Origin: Eubacteriales bacterium
GTDB taxonomy: Bacteria > Bacillota > Clostridia > Oscillospirales > QAKW01
DNA length: 64,000 nucleotides
Direction: 5' to 3'
NCBI GenBank assembly: GCA_045541555.1
Contig: JAZQJH010000011.1
Location: 4,243 to 68,242, forward strand
Numbering within the stretch: the stretch's first letter is position 1; every line of letters begins with the position of its first letter. The notes beneath the pieces are model-generated. The model had not been told where the DNA came from. It saw only the letters and a list, made by a program, of their open reading frames with translations, and ran no database searches. Both the position numbers and the translations under genes were made by a program. Below, piece after piece: positions 38,019 through 47,962 of this stretch.

Positions 38019-39408
38019 ATATACGGAGCGCCAGGAGGCATTTTTAAACGCCACGGCGGATGAAGTGCTTTACGGCGGCGCCGCAGGTGGTGGAAAGTCT
38101 TACGGACAGTTTTTAGATACGGTAATTTATGCCGGAAAGTATCCGGGAAGTAAACAGATCATTTTCCGCCGCACCTATCCAGAATTGGAAATGAGTATCA
38201 TCCGCACCTTTTTGGAGGTGCTGCCGAAGGAGTTCTTCAAATACAACGCTTCCAAGCACGTGGGGAAGTTTCCAAACGGGTCGGTGGTGGACTTTGGATA
38301 TATCGACAAGGAGGCGGACGTTTACCGCTATCAGTCGGCGGAATTTGACGTCATTCGTTTTGACGAGCTGACCCATTTTACGGAGTATATGTATCTTTAT
38401 ATGATCTCCCGATTGCGCGGCGTTAAGCCTTATCCGCGCAGCGTGAAGAGCTCCACCAACCCCGGAGGTGTGGGGCATATGTGGGTGAAGGAACGATTTA
38501 TTGATCCGGCGCCGGAAAATACCGTCTTTGATTGCTACAACAAGGAGGGTGTTTTCACCGGCAGACGGGTCTTTCTTCCGGCGAAGATACAAGATAACGA
38601 TTTTTTGATGGAGAATGACCCGGAATACATCCGCAATCTGGAGAGCATGAATGAGCGGGACAAGAAGGCGCTGCTCTACGGGGAGTGGGATCTCTTTGAC
38701 GGGCAGTTCTTTGATAATTTTAAGCAGGACGTTCACGTTGTTCCGCCGCTTTTTCAAAAAGACAAAATCCCAAACGATTGGGAATTTTACGTCACCATGG
38801 ACTATGGCATGGATATGCTGGCGGCCTACGTGGTGGGCGTGGCGCCGGGAAACAAATTCTACGTGGTGGAGGAGTTTTACGACGGCAATCAGCATCCGGA
38901 CGGCAACCATAAGGGGTTGATCGTATCGGAGGCGGCCGCGTCCATCAAGAAGCTTCGGGAAGGGTACCCGATCCGTCGGCATTTTGCACCGCCGGATCTA
39001 TGGTCGAAATCCAAGGAGACCGGCAAGAGTATTGCCGAGCTTTTCTATGAGAACGGCGTGCCGCTTTTTCGGGTAGATAACAGCCGGGTGAACGGCTGGA
39101 TGGTCTTGAAGGAAATGCTTCAGCCCAAGACGGACGAGCAGGGGGCGACGGTGGCGGATCTGCGGATCTTCAGCAACTGCCGTCATTTGATCCGGACGCT
39201 GCCTGCGGTGGCGGTGGACGATCATAACCCCAACGACGTGGCCAAGGAGCCGCACGAGCTGACCCATGCGCCGGACGCCATCCGCTATTTCTTCGCCGGA
39301 CGGCCGAGCGGAAAGAAGATGCCGGCGCCGAAGCCGCATTATGATTTTGAATTTCAGAAACCGAAGCCCGATGCCGGAGGCAAAGGGACAAAAAATAAGC
39401 CGATTTAG
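38002..39408 (+). CDS. terL: Terminase large subunit
   Basis: Walker A GGAAGGGKS, Walker B FDELTHF, STNPGG, nuclease motifs MDYG and HAPDAIRY. Confidence 0.93.
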   Translation: MQIHLEYTERQEAFLNATADEVLYGGAAGGGKSYGQFLDTVIYAGKYPGSKQIIFRRTYPELEMSIIRTFLEVLPKEFFKYNASKHVGKFPNGSVVDFGYIDKEADVYRYQSAEFDVIRFDELTHFTEYMYLYMISRLRGVKPYPRSVKSSTNPGGVGHMWVKERFIDPAPENTVFDCYNKEGVFTGRRVFLPAKIQDNDFLMENDPEYIRNLESMNERDKKALLYGEWDLFDGQFFDNFKQDVHVVPPLFQKDKIPNDWEFYVTMDYGMDMLAAYVVGVAPGNKFYVVEEFYDGNQHPDGNHKGLIVSEAAASIKKLREGYPIRRHFAPPDLWSKSKETGKSIAELFYENGVPLFRVDNSRVNGWMVLKEMLQPKTDEQGATVADLRIFSNCRHLIRTLPAVAVDDHNPNDVAKEPHELTHAPDAIRYFFAGRPSGKKMPAPKPHYDFEFQKPKPDAGGKGTKNKPI

Positions 39409-39419
39409 GAGTGTGTACG

Positions 39420-39641
39420 ATGGAAATTATTATAATCTTTTGCCTGGTGTTGATCATCATGCTTTTGGCATTGATTGCCGGTGAACTTCTGCGAAGCGTG
39501 GAGCGGCGCAGCTTCCGGGAGCAGAGGGAGGAGCGCAAGCTTGCGGAAGAAAAGAGAACGGAGCAGCGCGCCAAAAGCAAGGAGCAGCTCCGCCAGGATG
39601 CACTGATGAGGGAGGTGGAAAAGTACAATGGAGACGTATAA
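39420..39641 (+). CDS. Small TM/coiled-coil protein between terminase and portal
   Basis: N-terminal TM; C-terminal EKYNG; overlaps the portal start. Confidence 0.55.
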   Translation: MEIIIIFCLVLIIMLLALIAGELLRSVERRSFREQREERKLAEEKRTEQRAKSKEQLRQDALMREVEKYNGDV

Positions 39642-41295
39642 GCAGGAAGCGACGGAGCTCTGGCAGAAGTATCAGAAGGCTTTGGATCAGGGACGCCTTT
39701 CCGGCCGTTTCACCGATGCGGAGAAGTGCTGGCGGTTTTACGAGGGCGATCAATGGGCCGGCATCAAAAATTCAGACGGAAAACTGCCGTTTTATAACAT
39801 TATCCGCCCGGTTGTGAACTATAAAAAGGCGCGTATCGCCATGAATGCAAAGACCATCACCTTTTCTCTGGATGAGCAGGATCCTGCCGGCGTGATGGAC
39901 GCCATCAATGAGCAGATGAAAAAAGCCTGGGAATTCGGGAAGATGGATGATCGGTGCTGGGAGATGGTGGAGACGGCCATGGTGGACGGCGACGCCTTCC
40001 TCTATTTTCCGCACGGCAGTATTTTCGCACAGGAAGAGAAGCTTTGCCGGTGCACGGATCGGCGGATGTTTGCACAGATCCGGGACGGCTGTAACGTCTT
40101 TTTGGGAAACGAAGAGGAGCCGGAGCTTCAGAACCAGCCCTACATCATTTTGAAGGAGCGCAAGCTCTTAGAGCAGGTTCGTAGCGAAGCAAAGAAAAAC
40201 GGGATCCCGGAGGATGACATCAACAATATCCTTTCGGACGAACGAAGCGAAGCGGACATCAGTACGAACGATGCCATCAAGTCGGCGCGGTCGGAACAGT
40301 ACGTAACCAGCATTATTTATCTGGAGCGAACCCCGGAGGGGATCCGCTTTTGCCGGTTGGTGAAGGATCTGATCTACCAGCCGTTCCAGGTGATCAACGG
40401 GCTTCAGTATTATCCCTTGGTCTCTTATACCGTCAATCGGCAGAAGGGAACGGCCAGAGGGATCGGCGAAGTGCTGCCGATGATCCCGAACCAGATCGAG
40501 ATCAATCGCACCTTGGTGCGTCGGAGCGAGACCGTAAAGCGGTTGGCGTATCCCAAACTGATCTATAATAGCAGCTTTATTGCCAATGCCGGAGATCTTG
40601 ACGTGGTGGGCGCTTCTATTGAGGTCAAGGATGATATGAATGTTGACGACGTACGGAAGCGCGTCGGGTATTTAGAGCCGGGACCCATAAGCGGGGATGC
40701 CACAAATCTGGAAAATGAGCTGATCAGCATTACCAAGGAGCTTGCCGGCGCCGGTGATGCGGCACTCGGTAATATCAATCCGGAGCAGGCGAGCGGCGCG
40801 GCGATCACCGCGGTGCAGGATCAGGCAGATGTGCCCCTTAACCGGGAGATCTCGGCATTTTATCAGATGGTAGAGGATATTGCTATCCTTTGGTATCACC
40901 TGATTATTGCCTATAATCCGACCGCGTATCAAGGAAAAAACGAGAAGGTGGCGCGCGCGGCTTTGGAGAAGATCTGCCCGAAGATGGAGATCAATATCTC
41001 CTCTACCATTCCGGATACGGTGACGGCTCGGGTGAATACAGCCTATAGTTTGCTGAGCGCCGGCTATATCACCTTTGAGGAATTTATGGAGCTTGTAGGA
41101 AGCGACAGCAATATCCCCGTCGAGAAGCTGAAGTCTATTCGGGAGGAGAACGAGAAGTCCAGAAAACGGCAGCAGATGGGGATCATGGCGCAGCAGGCGG
41201 AAGATCTCACCCGGGAGAAGCAAGAGGCGGAGCTCGGCGGTATGATGGCAGATAACGAGGCAGGCGGAATGTTTGCCGGTATGATGGGAGGTTAA
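39628..41295 (+). CDS. Portal protein (P22-like)
   Basis: FYEGDQW...NIIRPVV, GIGEV...NQ.EINR, SGAAI; follows terL. Confidence 0.85.
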   Translation: METYKQEATELWQKYQKALDQGRLSGRFTDAEKCWRFYEGDQWAGIKNSDGKLPFYNIIRPVVNYKKARIAMNAKTITFSLDEQDPAGVMDAINEQMKKAWEFGKMDDRCWEMVETAMVDGDAFLYFPHGSIFAQEEKLCRCTDRRMFAQIRDGCNVFLGNEEEPELQNQPYIILKERKLLEQVRSEAKKNGIPEDDINNILSDERSEADISTNDAIKSARSEQYVTSIIYLERTPEGIRFCRLVKDLIYQPFQVINGLQYYPLVSYTVNRQKGTARGIGEVLPMIPNQIEINRTLVRRSETVKRLAYPKLIYNSSFIANAGDLDVVGASIEVKDDMNVDDVRKRVGYLEPGPISGDATNLENELISITKELAGAGDAALGNINPEQASGAAITAVQDQADVPLNREISAFYQMVEDIAILWYHLIIAYNPTAYQGKNEKVARAALEKICPKMEINISSTIPDTVTARVNTAYSLLSAGYITFEEFMELVGSDSNIPVEKLKSIREENEKSRKRQQMGIMAQQAEDLTREKQEAELGGMMADNEAGGMFAGMMGG

Positions 41296-41299
41296 GTGA

Positions 41300-44200
41300 A
41301 TGGGAGTTAAGGTGAAAGATCTTGATAGTCCTCTGAAATCCTTTTTGGTAGACGGAGAGGTTCGGGGCGCGACCGATAGCGAGATCGAGGATGCCGGCGG
41401 ATGGCATCAAGGTCAGGAGGCGTCTCTTGCCAGCGGAGTGGACGCTACGACGGTTCAAAAGTTTTTTGATTTTGTCCCTCGTCGAGTATTTTTGCCGTGG
41501 CTTGAGGCTTTGACGCAAAAATCAAAAAAAGACGGTGACGTGGCCAAGGGCTGCGCGATCGGACTGGATTTTGTGCCTTTGGTGTTTGATCATCTTTTTC
41601 CGGAGAATGGCGATGACAATGAAAGCAGTTGTTCAGCTGCCGCTATTACGTTGGGACAGATCTCTACGGCTCTGGGATACAGCGACGAGGATGCTTTGGA
41701 AAAACGGTATTTTTTATTTGATCAAAAAACGCAAGGACTTTACTACTATAACAAAAGAGAGTTGATGGAGATCCGGGTGTTTAAATATCCGGCTACGCCG
41801 ATTTATTCTTTTTCTTCGAATGCTTATGATCCCGAGAGTGCGACGCCCATGAGCGGTATCGCGGTAGCGAAAGCAATCGAGCCGGTGGATGCTCGCGTTA
41901 AGACGTTGGAGGAAGAAACGGTTCCGGCACTCGATGAACGTATGACGGGAGCCGAAGAAGATATTGAAGCAGAACAGGAACGGACGGATTTTCTGCTCGG
42001 CGATGCACGGGACATGATCATCTCAAGAAGAGTTTATAACGAGGATGAAAGTGTTTTTAATAATCCCGAGAACGATCCAAGCGCTATTGGATTGAGTGTA
42101 TTAAACAATCTTATAAAAAGAAATGCTTTACGTGGAATTGCAGAGAATGATGCTGACACTTGGTATTACCTTTTGGATATGGAAACCAAGGGCATTTACT
42201 ACTTGAATTATCAAATACTTCAAGAGTGGTTGACGCACGGAAATCCTCCTGAGCCGATCATTTCTTTTGCGGCACTTAATGAATACAACGCAGAAAGCTC
42301 CACTGCAATGAGTGGCATTGCAGTGGCGGAGGCGCTTGAGATAGCAGAGAATGGGATGATAAAACATATTGATGCGGAGATCCTGCCGGAGTTGGAAAAG
42401 GTTCAAGAAGGTATCAAAGGGAAGGTGATCAAGAGCATCGAAGTAGTAGATAGTGCTTTGATGGTAGAGTTCACGGATGGAACATCGTATAAAAGCGAGA
42501 GCTTGAAAGGTGAAAAAGGCGATACTGGTGTAAAGGGAGACCAAGGTGAAAAGGGTGATGCAGGTTATACACCGGTAAAACACGTTGATTATTTCACTCA
42601 AACGGACAAAGAAGAGATGGTCGACGATGTACTCGATGTTATTGGCGATCAATTTTTTGATGTTCGTCATATAGAAAACGCAAAATCAGGCCCGATCGAG
42701 TATAGTTACAACTTTGTGCCGGGGCATATTTACAAAGTCACAAATAACTTATCGACCTATCTTGTAGTCAGGACGAAAGATGAAAATGGCGAATATGTAA
42801 ATATGATTAATGAAAAAGGAGTAGAAGAAGAAAGGTTCACCCTTAAGGAAAATGGTGGTACTGTTACCTTTACTGCTGGCGAAGGTGCAGTGGTTTTATA
42901 TCTTTATTTTGGTGCTGCTGGCAATGTGGTATTAGAAGATTTATCCCTTCGTTTTCATGAAGCAGAGACATCAATTAAAGCGGCAAGCAGAAAAAGTGAA
43001 ATCACCGACTTTGCTTGGGTTTTAGGTGGAATAACTGCGAGTACAGGAGCCGACGTGGAAATGTCAAATCGTATACGAACAGGTTTTATACCTGTTACTG
43101 GATATGAAAGCACTGTTGTTTTCGATGGAGAAGGGCGTTTTATTGTTTTTGAGTATGCTTCGAACGATGCACACAGTAGCCTCATTCGCAGAGTTGGCAG
43201 TGAGTGGGTTGCTAACAAGTACACCGTTGTGGATGATGCTTGTAAGTACATCAGAATTGTTGCAAAAAAAGTAGACGGCACAGATTTCACCGATGAAACT
43301 ACCATCGAGGAACTTGGTAGCCACTTCAAATTAACCCAATCGTTTTTCACACGTCGAACTATTGGCCGATATGTTTCACCCGAAAAAGAGGCGTTTCATT
43401 ACGATGGAGAACTTGAAGAGTGGGTGGATGTAAACAAACTTGCGACTATATATGCGAAGTGGGATGAACTGCAAGAAACTTATCCCAATGTTGTCAGCAA
43501 AACTATACTGGGTACAGTTGATGGGAAGGAAATCAGATCTTACAGAATAACTCCATATCCTATGAGGGAATCATGGAGAATTGCCAGATATAGTTGCGAA
43601 CCTTTGAAGATTCTTTATGTTTCCTGTATTCATGGTCATGAGGGGGCTATTGCGGTTGATGATTTTGCATTGTTCAAAAATCTTGTTGTTAATCACAAAC
43701 CGAGTGTGCTTTGGAATAATTGTGTTTTTGAAATTATTCCAGTAGCGAATCCAGTTGGGTACGACACAAACAAAAGAAGCAACGGAAATGGTGTTAATAT
43801 AAATCGTAATTTTCCCGTCGGCTGGACATATTCAACAGATGAATATGACGCTAGCGGTGCAGAGCCATGCAGTGAATACGAAACAAATGTTCTTATGGAA
43901 TTTGTCAAGTCACATCCCGATGCGTTTCTGGTGATGAATAGACATGGAACTGATTCTTGGCGTGGGGCCTATATTGACGATGAAGGTAATCTGGTAGGGG
44001 CAAGAGTAGCAGGGTATTCGGCGAGTGCGTATCAGTCGGATATCGAAACAATAATTGCATCAGGTGTGGCATCCGACACCATGCTGAGGAGCATGCCTGA
44101 GTATAGCGAACTTATCAATGTGGTAAATCCAGATAAGTGTCTTTATTCCGTTATGCATGGCGATGTATTCAATGGTACTTTTGATAGATGGTATAATGCC

Positions 44201-44425
44201 ATTGGATATCATGGTTATCTTTTGGAGTATACAGACAGATTTGAAAGCGGCTATCTCGAAAAAACCGATGATGTTAGCGAAACCAATAACCTCAACGGAA
44301 CAAACGGAACTGTCAGAAGAATGAACATTACTACAATAGCGAACCTCTTATGCGACAGCGTATTAAATAATCGTGAGATTATTGCCAATAATCATAAGTT
44401 GCCTGGAGAAAAAGTTATTCCGTAA
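41300..44425 (+). CDS. Tail fibre/spike-like protein with a collagen-like stalk and a C-terminal M14 zinc peptidase
   Basis: SGIAVA repeats; GEKGDTGVKGDQGEKGDAGYTP; IHGHE, NPVG...NINRNF, NRH and LEY M14 motifs. Confidence 0.7.
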   Translation: MGVKVKDLDSPLKSFLVDGEVRGATDSEIEDAGGWHQGQEASLASGVDATTVQKFFDFVPRRVFLPWLEALTQKSKKDGDVAKGCAIGLDFVPLVFDHLFPENGDDNESSCSAAAITLGQISTALGYSDEDALEKRYFLFDQKTQGLYYYNKRELMEIRVFKYPATPIYSFSSNAYDPESATPMSGIAVAKAIEPVDARVKTLEEETVPALDERMTGAEEDIEAEQERTDFLLGDARDMIISRRVYNEDESVFNNPENDPSAIGLSVLNNLIKRNALRGIAENDADTWYYLLDMETKGIYYLNYQILQEWLTHGNPPEPIISFAALNEYNAESSTAMSGIAVAEALEIAENGMIKHIDAEILPELEKVQEGIKGKVIKSIEVVDSALMVEFTDGTSYKSESLKGEKGDTGVKGDQGEKGDAGYTPVKHVDYFTQTDKEEMVDDVLDVIGDQFFDVRHIENAKSGPIEYSYNFVPGHIYKVTNNLSTYLVVRTKDENGEYVNMINEKGVEEERFTLKENGGTVTFTAGEGAVVLYLYFGAAGNVVLEDLSLRFHEAETSIKAASRKSEITDFAWVLGGITASTGADVEMSNRIRTGFIPVTGYESTVVFDGEGRFIVFEYASNDAHSSLIRRVGSEWVANKYTVVDDACKYIRIVAKKVDGTDFTDETTIEELGSHFKLTQSFFTRRTIGRYVSPEKEAFHYDGELEEWVDVNKLATIYAKWDELQETYPNVVSKTILGTVDGKEIRSYRITPYPMRESWRIARYSCEPLKILYVSCIHGHEGAIAVDDFALFKNLVVNHKPSVLWNNCVFEIIPVANPVGYDTNKRSNGNGVNINRNFPVGWTYSTDEYDASGAEPCSEYETNVLMEFVKSHPDAFLVMNRHGTDSWRGAYIDDEGNLVGARVAGYSASAYQSDIETIIASGVASDTMLRSMPEYSELINVVNPDKCLYSVMHGDVFNGTFDRWYNAIGYHGYLLEYTDRFESGYLEKTDDVSETNNLNGTNGTVRRMNITTIANLLCDSVLNNREIIANNHKLPGEKVIP

Positions 44426-44464
44426 TTAAACATTCGTGAAGGAACAGGAAGAGGAGGTGACGAT

Positions 44465-44770
44465 GTGAATGAAGAAATTGTTATAACGGTGAAGGGGATC
44501 CTTTGGATCTTGGGCGTTATCGGAGTAATCGGCGCCGCTTCATTGGCAATTGGCCGTTGGTTCAAACCGTTTCGGGATCTGCAGAAGCGAGTAGAGGTGC
44601 TGGAGCGGTTTCAGAATGCGGATCATAAGGATCTGCAGAAGGTGGAACTTGGCATTGAGAAGATCTGTAAATGCACCCTTGCCATTACAGATCACGAGTT
44701 GACAGGCGACGGCTCGGAGGAACTGAAGAAGGCGAGAGCCGAAATGCACGAATATTTATTTAAGAAATAG
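44465..44770 (+). CDS. Holin-associated single-TM protein
   Basis: N-terminal TM plus coiled coil; first gene of the lysis cassette. Confidence 0.6.
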   Translation: MNEEIVITVKGILWILGVIGVIGAASLAIGRWFKPFRDLQKRVEVLERFQNADHKDLQKVELGIEKICKCTLAITDHELTGDGSEELKKARAEMHEYLFKK

Positions 44771-44781
44771 GAGGAATTGAA

Positions 44782-45027
44782 ATGAAAGCATCTAAAGAGA
44801 CCATTATCAGAACGATCATCTTGGTGATCACCTTGATCAACCAGGTGCTGACGGTGCTGGGCAAAAACCCTCTGCCCTTCAGCGATGAGGCCATCTATGA
44901 GGCACTTTCGGCGGTATGTACGGCCGGCGCCAGCCTTTGGGCGTGGTGGAAGAATAATAGCTTTACCTCGGCCGCGATCCTTGCGGATGAGTATAAGGAT
45001 CAGCTGAAAGGAAGTGGCATGAGATGA
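44782..45027 (+). CDS. SPP1-type phage holin
   Basis: TIIRTIIL...LINQ.L...GKNPLP...WAWWKNNSFT..A. Confidence 0.9.
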   Translation: MKASKETIIRTIILVITLINQVLTVLGKNPLPFSDEAIYEALSAVCTAGASLWAWWKNNSFTSAAILADEYKDQLKGSGMR

Positions 45028-45632
45028 CGAATTTACCGGTAACCGGTGCCTTTGAGATCACCGCCGTATACGGTCAGAAGGGCACCTATTGGAAAAACGG
45101 ACATAAGGGCATTGATTTCGTGGCGAAGGACAAGCGTATTTTTGCCACCTGCGACGGCGTAGTTCGCACCGTGGCGTACGATGCCAACGGCTGGGGGCAG
45201 TATGTCTCCATTGGTGATAAAGACGGCAGACGGCATATTTTCTGTCATCTCGTAAAGGGCAGCGTCCGGGTAAAGGCAGGGGACAAGGTCACCCGTAATA
45301 CCGTCATCGGTACCATGGGCGCCACCGGCAACGTGACCGGCGTCCATCTTCATTATCAGCTGCAGAATAGGGAGACGGTGATCGACCCTTGTAAGTATCT
45401 CGGAATCCCTAATAAAGAGGGTAAATATCATACCAAGGATTATCAGCTTGAGGAGGTGAAGACGATGGAATTTAAGGATAAGGCAACCTTCCCCGATTGG
45501 GCGGCGGAGTCCATTGAGAAGGTAAAGAATGCCGGCTTGATGCTGGGAGATGATCAGGGCAATTTTAATCCCGATGCTCCGGTAACTCGGGCAGAGCTGG
45601 CGGTCATTTTGGCACGGTTGGAATTGCTGTAA
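45024..45632 (+). CDS. Endolysin: M23 peptidase with a C-terminal SLH domain
   Basis: HKGID, HL and TGVHLH (M23); FPDWA..I......GLMLGD...FNPDAPVTRAELA (SLH). Confidence 0.88.
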   Translation: MTNLPVTGAFEITAVYGQKGTYWKNGHKGIDFVAKDKRIFATCDGVVRTVAYDANGWGQYVSIGDKDGRRHIFCHLVKGSVRVKAGDKVTRNTVIGTMGATGNVTGVHLHYQLQNRETVIDPCKYLGIPNKEGKYHTKDYQLEEVKTMEFKDKATFPDWAAESIEKVKNAGLMLGDDQGNFNPDAPVTRAELAVILARLELL

Positions 45633-45697
45633 GGCAATTTACATATTTTTCGCACCGATAGCGTGGGTTCGCCCTAATCATGGAGAAAGAGGACTAC

Positions 45698-46477
45698 ATG
45701 GAAAATGAAGTCATGAATGCGACGGTGGAAACCGGCGCACAAACCGTTGATAACGCAACGGCAGTGCAGGAGGTCGTGGCTCCTGCGGCGGAGTCTGTTT
45801 CCAATGGGGGGCAGCAGGCGGCAGAGGCGGTAAAATCCGCTTCTGAGAGCGCACCGAAGGCTCGACAGAGCAGGGAGGTTAATGCGCAGTATAAGGCGAA
45901 CCGCCAGAAGGCGGAGGCCTACGATGGTATTTCGAGTAGCATTTTGGGATTGGCTCGTAGCAAGGGGCTGAACCCCAGAAACGCCGAAGAGGCGGTGCAA
46001 ATGCTGGAGGCGGATGCCAAAGGCAAGAGCTATGAGGAGTACATGAGAGAACAGGCGGCAGCGGAATCGGAACTGGAACGCCAGGTGAAAGGCTCCCGAT
46101 ATTATCAGGAGCTGGAACGTAAGGCGGAGCAGAACCGCGCGGACGCTGAAGCTTATCGGGCGGCGGAACAGATGCGAAAGGATCTGGAAGCCATCCAGCA
46201 GGTAGATCCCTCGGTGAAATCTTTGACATCGCTGGGGGATGAGTTTTTAGAGGCGGTCCGGAACGGAATGGACGGTTTGGATGCCTATTATTTGATCAAG
46301 GGAAAGCAGGCGGCGATGGCGGCCGCGAAGCCCCCTGACACCGGTGCCATAGGCGGCCAGACGGACAACGATCGGGACTTCACCTCGGAGGAATTGGATC
46401 AGCTGAAAGATGAATTGGACGATCCAAACGTTATGGCTCGGGCTTTGAGAAGCTTGAGGAAATTGAAAAAGGAGTAA
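45698..46477 (+). CDS. Capsid scaffolding protein
   Basis: Acidic, helical, low-complexity protein directly upstream of the capsid gene. Confidence 0.7.
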   Translation: MENEVMNATVETGAQTVDNATAVQEVVAPAAESVSNGGQQAAEAVKSASESAPKARQSREVNAQYKANRQKAEAYDGISSSILGLARSKGLNPRNAEEAVQMLEADAKGKSYEEYMREQAAAESELERQVKGSRYYQELERKAEQNRADAEAYRAAEQMRKDLEAIQQVDPSVKSLTSLGDEFLEAVRNGMDGLDAYYLIKGKQAAMAAAKPPDTGAIGGQTDNDRDFTSEELDQLKDELDDPNVMARALRSLRKLKKE

Positions 46478-46483
46478 TGAACT

Positions 46484-47320
46484 ATGAGTTATGCAAATTT
46501 TAAACCCACGATCTGGAGCAAGTTTATCCAGAACCAGTTGGATCAAAAGGCGATTCTGACCAATTTTTGTAACAAGAAGTTTGAGGGTGAAGCCAAGCAG
46601 GGCGAGCAGGTATGGATCCTGAATGCACCCTCTCCCACGATCTTCGATTATGATGCGGAGAAGAGAGCAACCGGCGGCGGTATCGGTGATCCCGAGCAGC
46701 TGGAAGGTACTCGCATTCCTTTGGTGCTGGATCAGGCAAAGGCTTTCAATTTTATGATCGACGACATCGACAAGATGCAGACGGTGGACGGTTTGATGGA
46801 ATCTATCATGAAAGAAAAAGCTCGTGCTATGCTGATCCTTCGCGAGCGCTTTGTCGGCGAGCTGGCTATCAAGGCGGCAGAAAATATGATCGTTCCTTCT
46901 GCGCAGATCAAGACTGCGGCTGCTGCTAAAGCGGCTGTGGATGCAGCGCTTTTGAAGCTGCGCAACGCAGGGGTAGATCTGGATGATAACGTGCAAATCG
47001 TACTTTGCCCCTTTATGTATCAGCTGTTCCGTGATTACATCATGGAAATCCGGACTCAGAATGACGGCGTTGTGAAGAACGGCGTTGTCGGTACCTACGA
47101 TAACGCCCAGGTGGTAATGAGCACCAATCTGTATAACGATGGTACCGACGATCATTGTATGGTTCGTACCGAAAATGCGATTGCCTTCGCATCCGGCATT
47201 GATAAGATGGAAGCGTATCGCCCCGAGCATTACTTCAGTGATGCGATTAAGGGCTTGAACGTCTACGGCGGTACTCTTGCAAGACCCAATGAGCTGGTGA
47301 CTATTAAGGTACATCAATAA
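46484..47320 (+). CDS. Major capsid protein (P22 coat-like)
   Basis: NFKPTIWS...N..FEGE...G..V.I, LDQAKAFNF.IDDIDK.Q, F.DAIKGL.VYG. Confidence 0.85.
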   Translation: MSYANFKPTIWSKFIQNQLDQKAILTNFCNKKFEGEAKQGEQVWILNAPSPTIFDYDAEKRATGGGIGDPEQLEGTRIPLVLDQAKAFNFMIDDIDKMQTVDGLMESIMKEKARAMLILRERFVGELAIKAAENMIVPSAQIKTAAAAKAAVDAALLKLRNAGVDLDDNVQIVLCPFMYQLFRDYIMEIRTQNDGVVKNGVVGTYDNAQVVMSTNLYNDGTDDHCMVRTENAIAFASGIDKMEAYRPEHYFSDAIKGLNVYGGTLARPNELVTIKVHQ

Positions 47321-47422
47321 TTCGAAACTCCCTCCCCGTTTTCACGGGGAGGGAAATTCCCTTTGTGTTGATATGAGGATCGGGGCGGTTTTGATATGAG
47401 TACAAAGGAAGGAGAGGTAATT

Positions 47423-47962
47423 ATGACAGTCAATGACGTGGAAAAGCAGGTGCTTCGGCTTTTGGATGAGGTGGGGGTCAGCGATTATAATCAGCGGATG
47501 AATAAGCTGATCGACACAGCACAACGCGACATCGCCTGCACTTGGGGCTTTATATTGCGCAGCTGTACGCTGGACGTTGAAGCCGGCGTGGCGGTACCTT
47601 TGCCGGAGAATCTTTACGCCATCGAACGCGCAGATAATGAGGACTTTGATCTTGAACCGCTCGAGGTGGACGGCAAATGGCAGATGGGGATCGTCTTTTC
47701 AAAAAGCGGTACGGTGAAGGTGATCTATAAGGCGTATCCGGATGAGATCGGCGATAACGATAATAGCAAGGAGATCCAATTGGCGCCGGAGTATCATTCC
47801 GCTCTTTGCTGCTACGTGGCGGCGTTGACACAGCAGGCAGAGTGGAATAAGCAAAACTACCAGGTGTTTATGGATCGTTATGATGAAATCATCCTGCAGG
47901 TGCAAAATGCACGGCGGATGAGCGGGAAAGCGAGAGTGGTGACAGATGGCCAGATCATATAG
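47423..47962 (+). CDS. Head-tail adaptor
   Basis: YKAYP...L..EYH.AL..YVA motif; follows the capsid gene. Confidence 0.65.
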   Translation: MTVNDVEKQVLRLLDEVGVSDYNQRMNKLIDTAQRDIACTWGFILRSCTLDVEAGVAVPLPENLYAIERADNEDFDLEPLEVDGKWQMGIVFSKSGTVKVIYKAYPDEIGDNDNSKEIQLAPEYHSALCCYVAALTQQAEWNKQNYQVFMDRYDEIILQVQNARRMSGKARVVTDGQII

